From positions 31,434,001-31,498,000 of the forward strand of contig NC_043006.1 in the NCBI RefSeq assembly GCF_006345805.1: a stretch of DNA of 64,000 nt, read 5' to 3'. Position numbers and translations under genes: made by a program. Each line of letters starts with the position of its first letter. Positions within the stretch are counted from its first letter, which is position 1. Positions 13,941 to 25,632 of this stretch are shown piece by piece. The notes under the pieces are model-generated. The model did no database searches. It worked only from the letters and a program-made list of their open reading frames with translations, and was not told the DNA's origin. The stretch comes from Octopus sinensis (taxonomy: Eukaryota).

Positions 13941-14010
13941 ATATATATATTTTTATATATATATATATATATATATTATTATATATATATATATATAAAA
14001 TATATATTTT
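9339..14010. repeat. ~4.7 kb imperfect (TA)n tract
   Basis: Almost exclusively A/T alternation, interrupted by TT, TTT or AA slips and rare isolated C or G. Confidence 0.95.
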
Positions 14011-15458
14011 GGGACGGGAAAACTTCAGGTAATCCTATAAACCGGCGTTCCCCATTTTTAATATCTACTGCTCTACATCTTAGAGCGTGCTTCTTCTTTC
14101 GGATTTATGTTTTTTTGTACATCTCCATATATATAAACTTGAAATCTTTCTGTTGTCCCAGAGAATCTCTTAAGTGTATCAATTACTTCTCGCTGTTAAC
14201 AGGGTCCTTCTATGAGGAGTGTATCTATCATAGGTGGTGGGGTGGGGTACTCATTGCACGACAGATGCTGTTTAGTGAGAAGCACATCTCAGAAACGTAA
14301 TTACTTGTAAAATGAGCAAGAGAAACGGCTTTGTTTTTTCGTCTTTTTCTTTAGTTGATTCTCTCCTCATCCAGCCACCCCCGCCCCCACCCTCAAAGTT
14401 CGGATGCTTTACATTGAGACCTTCTTTGTGTGCAATCTGATTCGGAAGGCAAAATGCAGGGCGTTTCCTTGTTATTGATTTCTGACTTCAACGCAAGGTC
14501 ACGGGATTGGTTTGGAGGGACAGAGAGAGAGAGACATATATATATATAACCGATTCATATTGATTCCTCCTCCTAGTACTTCTATAACCGACCATTTCTA
14601 TGGAGGAGATGAAATGAAAGGTAAGACTCACTTGACAGACCTTTGAAATTTAAACAGTAAAGGCCCGTAACAAAACCCCGTAAGGTGTTCAAACCGAGGC
14701 TCTCTTTCTGGCGCTTTAACGCCCTTTATTGTTGACATAAGATTAAATAACAAGAATGGTTATACATCAGTGCGTGCTTGTGTCCCTGCGTTTGTCTGAT
14801 GTTACTATAGTAACAGAATAACGATTGACAAGAGTTGAGTCAAATTTCTAGCGATTCTACAGACGGACCATTTACAAGATTTTTCAGAGAAGAATTTACC
14901 GATGTAGCTTTTTATGGTTGCTTTTTCTGGCCCCCTAATGCGTACCTGGACATAGCCACGACCATTATAACAACCACTATCTCCTCTTTCCACACAAACC
15001 CATCATCTCATGATCATCATCATCGTCATTGTCGTCGTCATCCAGTTTTCAGTCACAAATCACACCTCAGTTGTGGTCACGTGACCTGGTGATTAATCCT
15101 AGCCATTGACCAGAACAGACACCAGAAATCATCTCGTCTGACCTTCGATTAATTTCACTAATCCACCATTTTAGACTGATACTTTGATGTATCAACTCCG
15201 AAAGACTAAAAATTGTAAAGCTGTCTTCGGTGAGATATGAACTCAAAAAGCCGGACTCTCCATCTAATCCCTAATTAAAAATTTCTGTCTAATTAAAGGA
15301 TTGTGCTGATCCGTAACTCTTTATGTGTTGTGACTTACCACAGAGCATCTTTCTCTCTTGCCGGGCGATGATGGTTACTCGTGTTTCATGACTAGAGCTC
15401 ACAGACATTTTTGTTGGTTTTTAATGAAGGAAGAAGTGTTGTGTATTTGACCCCTAGT

Positions 15459-15675
15459 AGGCGCAGGTGTAGCTGTGTGGTAAGAAGTCTGCATCCCAAC
15501 CATCTCGTTCCGGGTGGTACTATGGGCAAGTGCCTTCTACTACAGCCTTGGACCGACCAAAGCATTGTGAGTGGATTCGATAGACGGACACCGAAAGAAG
15601 CCAGTCGCATATATATAGATAGATGTGTGTGTGTGTGTAATTGTGTTTGTCCCCACTACCGTTGGTGTTGGTTTG
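15459..15675 (+). mobile_element. SINE family A, 3'-truncated
   Basis: GGCGCAGGTGTAGCTGTGTGGTAAG head, TGGGCAAGTGCCTTCTAC, internal (TG)n. Confidence 0.75.
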
Positions 15676-16561
15676 TGTGTGCGTGCGCCTGTGCACACGC
15701 ACACATAGAGACAGAAAATTATAAAGGATACTAACACATACGTATACACGTTCAAAGAAATACACACACACACACACACACACACACGGCGAACTTTAAC
15801 GATTCCACTGACAAAGCATTTGTCAGCTGGGGATATGACTGAAGAGACTTGCTCAAGATGCTGCACAGTAGAACCGAATATGAAACCATGGGCTTGCAAA
15901 GTGCAAAGCGAGCGTTGGTATGTCTGTCTTTATGTTTTAGCGTGTGTGGTTTTGTGTGTTTGCATTTACACATACATAGATATATATGCGTGTGTGTGTA
16001 TGTGTGTGTATTTTTTTAAACGTATATACATGTGTGTTGGTATCTTTTATAACTGACTGTCTGCATGGGTTTAGGTTTATTCGTACAGTTGCACTGATTT
16101 CCAGTCTGACTCCCGTGCGATTACTTTGCATGCTTAAACGATTTTCACTCTCAACTACAGCAGCGGGAAAATTCTAGATCCCCCCCCCACCCGAACGCAC
16201 GCACACACACACACACATGCGCATTCTCATGTTCTTATGCAAGTGAATCGTGTCACAAATAAGCAAGCTGTATATATGATTGTTTCACATTCTTTGTTTC
16301 AAAAACGCATTTCCGTTTCCGGTCTGAACCGATGATGATTTTTTTCTTTTTCTTTTTATTTTTATCGTTGTTTCTTGAGGAAGATATTCTTGCTGCGGTT
16401 TTCGTCTCCACCCTCTGCCTTTTCACAGGGTACAGTACCATATCCTGCAAAAGGGATGCTTAAGGAAGGTGAGAAAAAGAAAAGGCATATGCTACATTCA
16501 TACCTTCCTAACAGACAAACGCTAGAAAAGTGCAGGGGACCTCTAATTAGTCACTCGTCCG

Positions 16562-16752
16562 GCTAGAAATAACAACCAAATCACTCTCGAATCTCATCCT
16601 GGAATTTTACATAACAAAGAACATTTTAGATCAAATAATCTATTATACATTTATCTGGAGAAGAAAAAAAACTGGATGACTATGGTTGGAACGCTATTGA
16701 TCACAGTTGTGCTGGATAAGAGCTGGCCTGGAGCTAAACATTAACAACAACA
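16562..16752 (+). mobile_element. Old SINE-like family D copy
   Basis: GCTAGAAATAACAACCAAATC, then GAGCTGGCCTGGAGCTAAAC and an ACAACAAC tail. Collinear with 211-400. Confidence 0.55.
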
Positions 16753-17190
16753 GCTGCAAAAGAGGACGAGCGAAGCTTCTATGCAGTCGACTGCTCTCCT
16801 AAAAAGGGTAGCCAAATTTCACTCAAATCACAACCTGCTGCCTTTTATTGAATAAAGATTTATTGGTCAACAGAGTCTTGGTGTACAAAATCGTGTATGT
16901 TGCTTCAGCTGCTACACTTTGATTAGGTATATGCTCGATCTGGATTGGCCTGGGGATAAATGTAAACTTTCTTGAAGTAACCAGGAATAAACTAACAATT
17001 AACAGAAATTGTGAAGAGGAAGGTAGAATTCGAACACTGAGCGTCCAGCCTTGAAATGACCAAAATGTAAGCTATTATTTTCGTTGCTGTTGTTGTTTGG
17101 CTCTAAGTCAGTCCTGATCGATCATACCTTCGATGAAAGCTGTTCGATTCCTGATCATCCTCCTGGACTACATTATTCGATGTGTTCCAG

Positions 17191-17318
17191 GGTCGACTTT
17201 AGCTTTCATCCTTTCGGCGTCGATAAATTAAGTACCAGTTACGCACTGGAGTCGATGTAATCAACTAGTCCCCTACCACAAAATTTCAGGCCTTGTGCCT
17301 ATAGTAGAAAAGATTATT
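17191..17318 (+). mobile_element. SINE family B, 3' part
   Basis: GGTCGACTTTAGCTTTCATCCTTTCGGCGTCGATAAATTAAGTACCAG through GGCCTTGTGCCTATAGTAGAAAAGATTATT. Confidence 0.8.
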
Positions 17319-17384
17319 CAATGTGTCCTTCGCTGTTTTTGAGATGTGACTGCTACTTTTAGCAATTCAAGCGACCATGTAGAG

Positions 17385-17630
17385 TTGCGGTTCTCAACCG
17401 TTTTTTTAACGTATTTGATTCCTGTTCTATTCGGACGGACCCTCGAAGCTCTTCGGTCTTTAAAAAAATCGATAGGTTTTCATAATTGAATATTATTCGG
17501 AATCGTATAAAAGAAATCAAAAATATTTTGTGTATGACAGAAGTATAACCAGTTTGTTGTGCATAAATTTTAGCAATGATGTCTTATGTGGACTCCCAAC
17601 GGTCATGTGGACCCTGGTTGGGAGCCATTG
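17385..17630. mobile_element. hAT (Charlie-like) MITE with 8-bp TSD
   Basis: Ends are ttGCGGTTCTCAACC and GGTTGGGAGCCATTG, resembling the Charlie TIR CAGTGGTTCTCAAC. Flanks are ATGTAGAG (17377-84) and ATGTTGAG (17631-38), a 7/8 match that fits the NTNTAGAN target preference. Confidence 0.75.
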
Positions 17631-17696
17631 ATGTTGAGCCATCTCCGATGGTTCGTATGCGTATGTGTGCTTGCAATATATGTGCATAAATGGGTA

Positions 17697-17736
<40 letters not shown>

Positions 17737-18922
17737 AGTGTATGTGTATGTAAGCAATATTTTTATGTGTGTACATACTTGTATACGTAGAGATGTATAT
17801 GCTTGAACACTCACGTATGACTATATAAGAATACGCGTTCAGACATACACACGCAGACATGCATGCTGTGTGTGTGAGAGAGAGAGAGAGAAGGGGGGAG
17901 AAAGAAAGAAAGAAAGAAAGAAAGAAAAGGTGGAGGAGGAGAGACAGGGAAGATATCTCCCATGACGAAAAATGATATTGATAAAAGAGAAATGTCAATT
18001 GATTTGATTAACCAAGGTGTACATATACATCCACACTGACATATATAAACATACGCAAATGCACACACTTATACATGCATACGCACATTCATTCATGCTG
18101 ATACATACGCTCATACCTCCACGTATATTCATGAGGAGAGCATGCAAAAAACATGTCGGCAACTACGAAACGAAATAGGATAACATTGCCTCCCGATGTC
18201 CAAATATAAATCACTCTTCCTTCTTTCTCTCTAGTTTCTCATCGCCCTCTTCCCTCATATCGCTTTTTAAATACGTTACAATCTAGATATCAATGAAACT
18301 ACATTTGATCTGAGCAAAATATGGGGACGCCGGTAAGACCGATGTTTGTCATACAAGCTTTTGCTTTTTTTTTTTTTTTTTTAAAGAAAAGTCTAAATTT
18401 TTCTGTAATTGTAATCCTCAGTTATAATAACTAAATATTATTTGTAGCTGCATTCGGCTGAAATAAGCTAAGCATATTTTCCTCAAGAAGCTTTGACGCT
18501 AATTTTGTGTTGGGATATATTGCACGCGTATAAAAACAAAATCCATCCGAGTGGCTCATCACAGCACGACTCTTGGACGGGAAACTTAAGAATTTTTTCA
18601 ATTAATTTTGAAACTGTAGTTTTTTTTTCTTCTTACTTGTTATTGGTGTTGTTCTTACCAGTGATTCTCAGAGGTATTTGAACTTTAAAAATTAAAAGGA
18701 GCTAAGTGAAATAATTCAAATGAATCATGGTATCAATTTTTTAAAAAGAAATATTAAATGGGTGGATACACTGAATGCAAAGCATTCTTAATTAATTGGA
18801 TCCTTAATTAACTGGATTTTCTTCTATTCTTTTTTTCTTGTAAGAAGAAAGAAAAGAAAATCCTAGAGGCAATTATTTGCGATTCTGAAAGAAAAGGGAG
18901 ATAATTTCAAAACAGATTCAGT

Positions 18923-19336
18923 AGGCGTGGCTGTTTGGTAAGAAGTTTGCTTTCCAACCAAATTATTTTGGGTTCAGTCCCACTGCGTGGCATCTTCAGT
19001 CCCGCTGCGTGGCAACTGTCTTCTATAAAATCTATAAAGTCTTCTATAAAATCTTGTGTGTAGATTTGGTAGACGGAAACTGAAAGAAGCTTGTCACGTG
19101 TGTGTGTATGCGTTTTTGTGTCTATGTTTGCTCCCCACTATCACCGCCAGACTACCTGTGTTGGTGTGTTTACGCACCCATAACCTAACGGTACGGCAAA
19201 AGAGACCGATAGAATAAGTAACAGTCTTTTAAAAATAAGTGCTGGGGTTCAATTCATTCGACTAAAAATTCTACAAGGCGGTACTCCAGCATGGCCGCAG
19301 TCTAATGACCGAAGCAAATAAAAGATAAAAGGATAA
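18923..19336 (+). mobile_element. SINE family A, full length
   Basis: Head, CORE-like segment (locally duplicated), internal microsatellite and the CAGCATGGCCGCAGTCTAATGAC tail are all present. Confidence 0.85.
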
Positions 19337-19784
19337 ACAGGAACTCACTGAGTTCTCACCAAGAACGACATGTTCACCTCTGCTGTGACCGCACCAGAAT
19401 CTAAAGGAGTACAAAAATCAAATGACCGAACACCTATTTCATCTCTTGACTTGCTAGAAATATTGGCCTTATCTCCCTTGAAATACCACTCTCCAGGATG
19501 CATTAAATAATATATGGTCTTCGACTGGCCGAAGGACTGGTATATCTAAAAGCTGTTTTTTTGCCAAAGGTAAATACGGTGTGAGGTAACATGCTCCTCA
19601 GGCTACAACATCATCGACTGCATCACCAAATACAACAACATCAACCGGAGCAGCGGCAGCAGTAAGAAGAAAAGAGAAAATTGTATGACTTTCATATATG
19701 TAAGATTATAAAAAAAAAGAACCAGCCTGACATGTTGCTTCCTTTCAATTAGTCCAGAATCCTTCTAATATTATACGAAAAGCC

Positions 19785-19945
19785 AAAGCGGTGAGCAGGC
19801 GGAATCATTAACGCGTCGGACAAAACGCTTTGCAGATTTGTCTTCCGGTTCTTTGGTCTGAGTTTTCAAATACGACGAAGGTCGACTTTGCCTCTCATCT
19901 TTCTTAGCTCGATAAAAATAAATACTTGTGGAGCACTGAGTATGA
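19785..19945 (+). mobile_element. SINE family B, diverged
   Basis: GGCGGTGAG-like head, CAAAACGCTT, GGTCGACTTTGCCTCTCATC, CGATAAAATAAA. Confidence 0.6.
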
Positions 19946-20694
19946 TGGAATCCACTCAGAGTTCCTGGCCTAAATAAAGCAATACCCGTCTTTACCCGAG
20001 GCTTTAGAAAATCTCAGAAAACGTTTGGCTGAAAGGAATCTGTAATACTGTATACTTTCTGAGTAATATACCCGCTCTATTGACAAATAAACGAGTGCAT
20101 ATATTTCTTTTTTTGCTCATGGATTCTTAGACGATTATACACGCGCGCACACACATACACACACACACATACATACACACACACACACATTCATCATAGG
20201 GGTGTGCATATACGTTTGATATTCGAGCTGGAACGTATTTCCAAAGTTTAATCGATGTTAGCGTTGAGATATTTCGTACATAGTTTGGGTATGTACATAG
20301 GTGTGTGTATGTGTGTATAACATTTCTATATATTACATAAATATAGGTGAGACCAATGTAAGTAATTTCTTTTATTTTTTTTCATGTAATTCTAATTCTA
20401 CAGGAATGAAAACCGGTTCTGAACGTTAAAGATAGTTTTACATGAAAAGATGGAACTCTATCACAGAACAAGTATAACATCTGTTGATGTGTATTACATA
20501 TGTTACACCATAATAAATAGTGTACTTTTACACACACACACACGCACACACACACACGTATATGTTTGGCTTAGATGTGCTTTACTATAAGTCTCACAGA
20601 CCTGCCAAAAGGACGTCTAATCATTCGAGTCTGAATGGGGGGAAATGCTTTTAGCGTTTGTGAACTTTCAATAACGAAAATCTGATCAATCTGT

Positions 20695-20916
20695 TAATAG
20701 TGGGTTTAAATGTTGGCACAAGGCCAGCAAGTTCGGGGGAACGTGTTAAGTTTATTACACCAACCTCCAGTGCTTGACTGGTACTTTATTTATCGACCCC
20801 GAAAGAATGAAAAGCAAAATCGACCTCGGCGGAATTTGAACTCAGAACGTAAGAACAGACAAAATACTGCTAAGCATTTCGCCGGCGTGCTAACGATTCT
20901 GCCAGCTCGCCACCTT
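20695..20916 (-). mobile_element. SINE family B, full length
   Basis: Reverse complement of the GAGCTGGCAGAATCGTTAGCACG...GGCCTTGTGCC consensus seen at 62610. Confidence 0.85.
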
Positions 20917-21121
20917 AACACTTTGTTAATATTAATATTTAAATCTGCACGATTTGTACTCCAAGCTGTGTGAGTCCATTTGGACTGCGGCCATGCTGGG
21001 GTTACTGCCTTGAAGTGTTTAGTGAAAACAAATTGACTCTAATTCATATTCTTAGGTTTAGTAGTCATTCTATTGGTTTCTTGCCGAACAGTTAAGTTAC
21101 TATATATATGTTGTTACCATT

Positions 21122-21528
21122 TGTGTCTATGTTTGACTCCCGTCCCTGTTTGACAACCGGTGTTGGTGTGTTTTATATCCCCGTAACTTAGCGATAGAAT
21201 AAGTATCAGTACAGTAATCCCTCGACTATCGCAGATATTACGTTCAAACCCCACTCCGTGATAGGGGAAAATCCGCGAAGTAGAAACAGTATGTACTGTA
21301 TATTTTTTTAAAATCATTTTTATAATTTGCATATATTTATTTTATTATAAATGCAAAACAACACCACTGAGGAATCGACATAAGCTTAAATAATAAATCG
21401 CGATAGATGAACCGCGATATGGCGAGGCATTACAGTATTGAAAAAATATATGTCCTGGGGTCAATTCATTCGACTAAAAGTTCTTCAGGGCGGTGCTCCA
21501 GTATGGCCGCAGAGATAAGTAAAAGATA
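21122..21528 (+). mobile_element. SINE family A 3' half, interrupted by a Tigger-like MITE
   Basis: GATAGAATAAGTATCAG precedes the insert and TATGTCCTGGGGTCAATTCATTCGACTAA follows it. These segments are contiguous in other copies. Confidence 0.75.
21212..21435. mobile_element. Tigger/pogo-like MITE with TA TSD
   Basis: TA|CAGTAATCCCTCGACTATCGC ... GCGATATGGCGAGGCATTACAG|TA, with ~22-bp imperfect TIRs. Confidence 0.8.
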
Positions 21529-21794
21529 ACAGATGAAAATATTTGACTAATATGAGAGAGGCAGACGGAAAGACAGACAGACTCGGTGTTTAAGCCTAAA
21601 ACCAAAGCATTCTGTAATTGTAGTGTAATTTGAAGATCTATCTGCTATTTCTAGCATATTGAATCACCACATTGAGGCTCTCCTGTTGCCTGGTGTTTGT
21701 ATAATGAGTTGTTAACAAATGAAATATTTTACAGTCAAGTGTAATATGACACAAAGTTCAAATCTCGCCTCAATATTCTCTCTTTCTTTCTCTC

Positions 21795-21825
<31 letters not shown>

Positions 21826-21861
21826 CGGTACATAAAATAGTACATTGTTATGTACTGATTT

Positions 21862-22030
21862 AAAATTTTGGCACCAAATGAACAAGTTCGGGCCCGGGGT
21901 ATGTCGATTACATCGTTCCTAGCGCTTGACTGCTACAACGGTATTTGAACTCGGAACGTAAAGAGCCGGACGAAATGCGGCTAAGCATTTTGACCGGCGA
22001 CTAACGATCCTGCCAGTTTGCTGCCTTAAG
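21862..22030 (-). mobile_element. SINE family B, internally deleted
   Basis: TTTTGGCACCAAA, GTCGATTACATCG and CTAAGCATTTTGACCGGCGACTAACGATCCTGCCAG. Confidence 0.7.
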
Positions 22031-23714
22031 TACCAATAATATGTTGCAATCAAAAATATATTATTCGCGGTAAATACATTTTTTATGCGGCTTAGTAAAT
22101 GCAGCATCTGTTTTCTTTAGCAAAAATTTCCTCTCCATCTTCTATGACAAAAACTGATGAATTTGGAGGACAAGAAATTAGATTAAGCTCGGCCCATAAC
22201 ATCCCCTTATTACGTACCGGAAACTGTAGTTATAAGTATTTTTCAATGGCATGAAACATTATTTCTCTATTAGTTGTATATATATTCTGCGAAAAACGGT
22301 GTAATTGAATGTTGTTGTTGTTTTTTCAGCAGGTTGAAAAATAATAAAAATAAACAAAATATGTAGACCTCAATAATATTTGTTTATTTTTGGTGTTGTT
22401 TTGAAGCCATCAGTTACAATGTTTGATGAATCACCTGCTGGTTTCAAACCTGCAAAACCATCTGCCATAACAGGTATATGAAACGCCATACCTATTCCAC
22501 TGCAGTTAAACTGGATGATAGCTTCAAAGGAAAGGAAGCTTGCTGTTTTCGCTGCATGAAATAAAATAGTTTAATTCTCCAAATAGTCTTGTAAATGCCG
22601 AGGTAATTTCAACTAAAAATACGAGATTTCAGCAAATTTATTATTAATAATACTAGAAAAATCAGGACTTGTTCTGATGTAATCAGACTGGGAACAGCGG
22701 CCAAGTTTCGTTGATATTTGAGCTGCTCTGTAATAAAATATACAAATTAGAAAGTAGCAAAATCTAACCGCAAAACAAAAAGAAAGAAAAATGGAAATCT
22801 CATTTTCAAATATATCTGAAAGTGAAAATAATCGTAAACTGAGGTAAAGTTAAAGTTGTAAATAAATTTCGATATAAGATTTTAATTAATCACATATTTA
22901 ATTAATCGCATATTTAGTAAACCAGATTCAAAGACACTGCATAAACGGAATATGGAGTGGAAAGGAATTGATCATAATAAGAGGCAAACTGAAGCAAAAA
23001 AAATGGCCCGGGGAAAGCTTATCAAGTCATACCCAAACCAAGAAGTGTCAAAACCGCAACGACTGACTGCAAATAAGTAAACCAATATAATCAGTATTAG
23101 ATGTGTAATTCATGCAAATATTTGTTGTCCTATTCTGGATTCAAACTTGTAATCTTTATTTCCGTACAAAATCTTGAAAACCCTTTCTTTACTGCCACGA
23201 GTGCAATTGTTAGAGCAATTTTAGATTAATTAAAATAATGAGGTGTCTGATGTAGGCCGACTTCAAGCGGTTTTCAAGAATTTCTATATGTAATGCTTCT
23301 TCGATGTCTAACTTGCCACTCCAGAAGTTTCTATTGTTATTACATAAAGCCCCCGCTCCAAACCGCCTAGTTTATGATTACTAACATGAAGTGAAGTCAA
23401 GGGCGAAATTTCACCAGGAGCTGGCAGAAACCTGGTATGAATTGATAGCCATACCTACTCATTGTCGAGTCGTCAGTAACTAAACTGACTTTCTACTAAG
23501 TTCGACCAGTAACAGGTGTGACTGGGTCCCCAGCAGGATTGAAAAACGAAACCTGTCAAAGGCACCTCAAAGGCCAACCACACCCATATTCTGGTGTGGG
23601 GATGTGCACCAGAAGGATTACCAAACCCAGCAAACACGTGAATATATGTTACACCAATGTCTAACACTTTGCCAAGCCGGTACCCCACACCTTACACGAA
23701 GTTCGAGACAGAAT

Positions 23715-23855
23715 AGAAAAATACCTTAGGAATGAGAACCCAGGTTCGAAATTTCCCCAAGACACCTGATGAAGGTTGGAGGGTATATCAGACGAAACGT
23801 TGTGTTAACAACAAACAAAATGAGGATGAATATCCGTCAAATGTAAATAATGTAG
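23715..23855 (+). mobile_element. PLE-type element end with a near-intact hammerhead motif
   Basis: Contains the hammerhead motif at 23761-23806 followed by an AACAACAAAC...AAATGTAAATAATGT tail. The boundaries are approximate. Confidence 0.55.
23761..23806 (+). ncRNA. Minimal type I hammerhead ribozyme
   Basis: Stem I GACAC/GTGTT (5 bp including one G-U), intact CUGAUGA (23766-72), stem II GGTTG/CAGAC (one mismatch, 10-nt loop), GAAA (23794-97), AACGUU palindrome, putative GUU cleavage after 23801. Confidence 0.65.
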
Positions 23856-24518
23856 AATAGAAAAGCTTGGTTTAAATAAATAATAATTCAAGTTCCCCAA
23901 CGACAGAAAGTTTTCATTTTGATGAATGTTTAGTGATTTCATATTCGAAACTGTTGACATTTATTATAGAATTCCCTGATAGATTTCTAACAATGGTACT
24001 TGTCCATATTTTCCAAGGGATACAGTCAATTAAATCCACACCATTATTTGATAGGCACTTCCAAGTACTGAGATCGATCAGATCGATTATAACATCGAAA
24101 TATTGAAAGGCCATGTGTAGATGGTACGCCCCGAACTTGAATATAAAGTCGTGATATAAAATAAAAATAGTGGCTTTGAAGACTCTTGTTAAATGAAAAA
24201 ACATATTTCTTTTAAAATAGTCTCTTTAAAATACGATGACTTTCATGATTTAGCGTTTTTTGAGACGTAAAGAATGGTGGTGCCTGTATTATAAATGTAT
24301 TTACGTATGTTTTGTAGTAAAGCCTTCAAAGTAATGTAATACACAGGTAGACACGCACATACAGACACACACATACATGCACATATACATACACACACAC
24401 ATGCATACATACACACTCATACATACACATATACATACACATACATATATACATACTTACATAAATACATTAAACATGTACACACAACGTACAGGTTAAT
24501 TGCGTTTATCATATGTAA

Positions 24519-24840
24519 TATGTTGCTGCGGGAAGAATTTGGAGCATGCGAACAGTAAAGGTCGTACCTAAAATAATTGGTGCGTTGGGAACCGTAAGCA
24601 AAGGTATAGACAAATGGCTGAAGGAAATTGAAATAGAATGTCTGGTAGAGCTCCTACAAAAAGTTTGTCTCTTAGGGAGAGCAAGGATTATCAGGGGGGT
24701 TCTAAGCACTTGAAAGACTGCTGAAAACTTGTGGATACCTATGGTTACAGGTAGTAACCTAACCTGCCGCCCACATAAAACCTGCCAGAAATGAGACCGA
24801 AACTGAGCTAAAGTAAAATAATAATAATAATAATAATAAT
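24519..24840 (+). mobile_element. 5'-truncated R4/Dong-like (RLE-endonuclease) non-LTR retrotransposon 3' end
   Basis: 24531-24713 encodes GRIWSMRTVKVVPKIIGALGTVSKGIDKWLKEIEIECLVELLQKVCLLGRARIIRGVLST*, matching the VVPiiiGALG...LQK..LLG.ARI.R C-terminus of RLE-type elements. A ~100-bp 3' UTR follows and ends in (TAA)n. Confidence 0.8.
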
Positions 24841-25040
24841 GGTTTCAAATTTTGCTACAGGGCAGCAATTTTGGGGGGAGGAGGTAAGTCGATTACATCG
24901 ACCCCAGTGTTTAACTGGTACTTAATTTATCGATCCCGAGAGGATGAAAAGCAAAGTCGACCTTGGTGGAATTTAAACTGAGAACGTAAAGACGCTAAGC
25001 ATTTTGTTCGGCGCGCTAACGAATCTGCCAGCTCGCCGCC
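24841..25040 (-). mobile_element. SINE family B
   Basis: GGTTTCAAATTTTG, AAGTCGATTACATCGACCCCAGTG and GAATCTGCCAGCTCGCCGCC. Confidence 0.85.
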
Positions 25041-25599
25041 GCCATGGTAGGAATAATATTAAAAATTATTTTTACATAAACTTTAAATATATTTAACAAA
25101 GGCAATCGGAGGCGAAACTGTGTCACTTGTATGACCAGCTTCATTAAAAGTCAAATACTTTAGACCGGAAACTGCTTCCTAATTAAATATGATGCCTTTG
25201 GCTAAGTTCATTAGTGAAGGGGGCACATTTCACAAGTCTTTCAAATTGAATCATTCATTCGGCTAATTAGGGAAATACGGTAACTGCTGTCGTTGATTTT
25301 GTTACTCCTCCAGTTTATATTGGTTTATGGCGGCACAACGCTCATCTTAATGATTTCTCAAGGGAATTTATACGCCCGAGTCGTTTTCCTAACACCGACA
25401 TAATGTCGCAGTTAGGTAGGAAACTCAGATATTGTGATTTGTCTGCCGAGTGATACAATTCGTCCACTCACGGACGATTCGTGTCCAGTGGTCGCCTTTG
25501 ATTGTCTTCCATTGCCTCTCTCTATACAACAACCCCATATGTGTAAAGATCCGCATGCACGCGCGCACACACACACACACACATACACACACACACACA

Positions 25600-25632
<33 letters not shown>

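Noticed and set aside
20358-20403. GTAAGT...CTAAT...TACAG mini-intron
   Set aside because: It is only 46 nt long and no coherent flanking reading frame was found.
22190-23020. Possible DNA-transposon or exon relic
   Set aside because: Short open frames exist on both strands, but I could not identify a motif, TIR pair or TSD.
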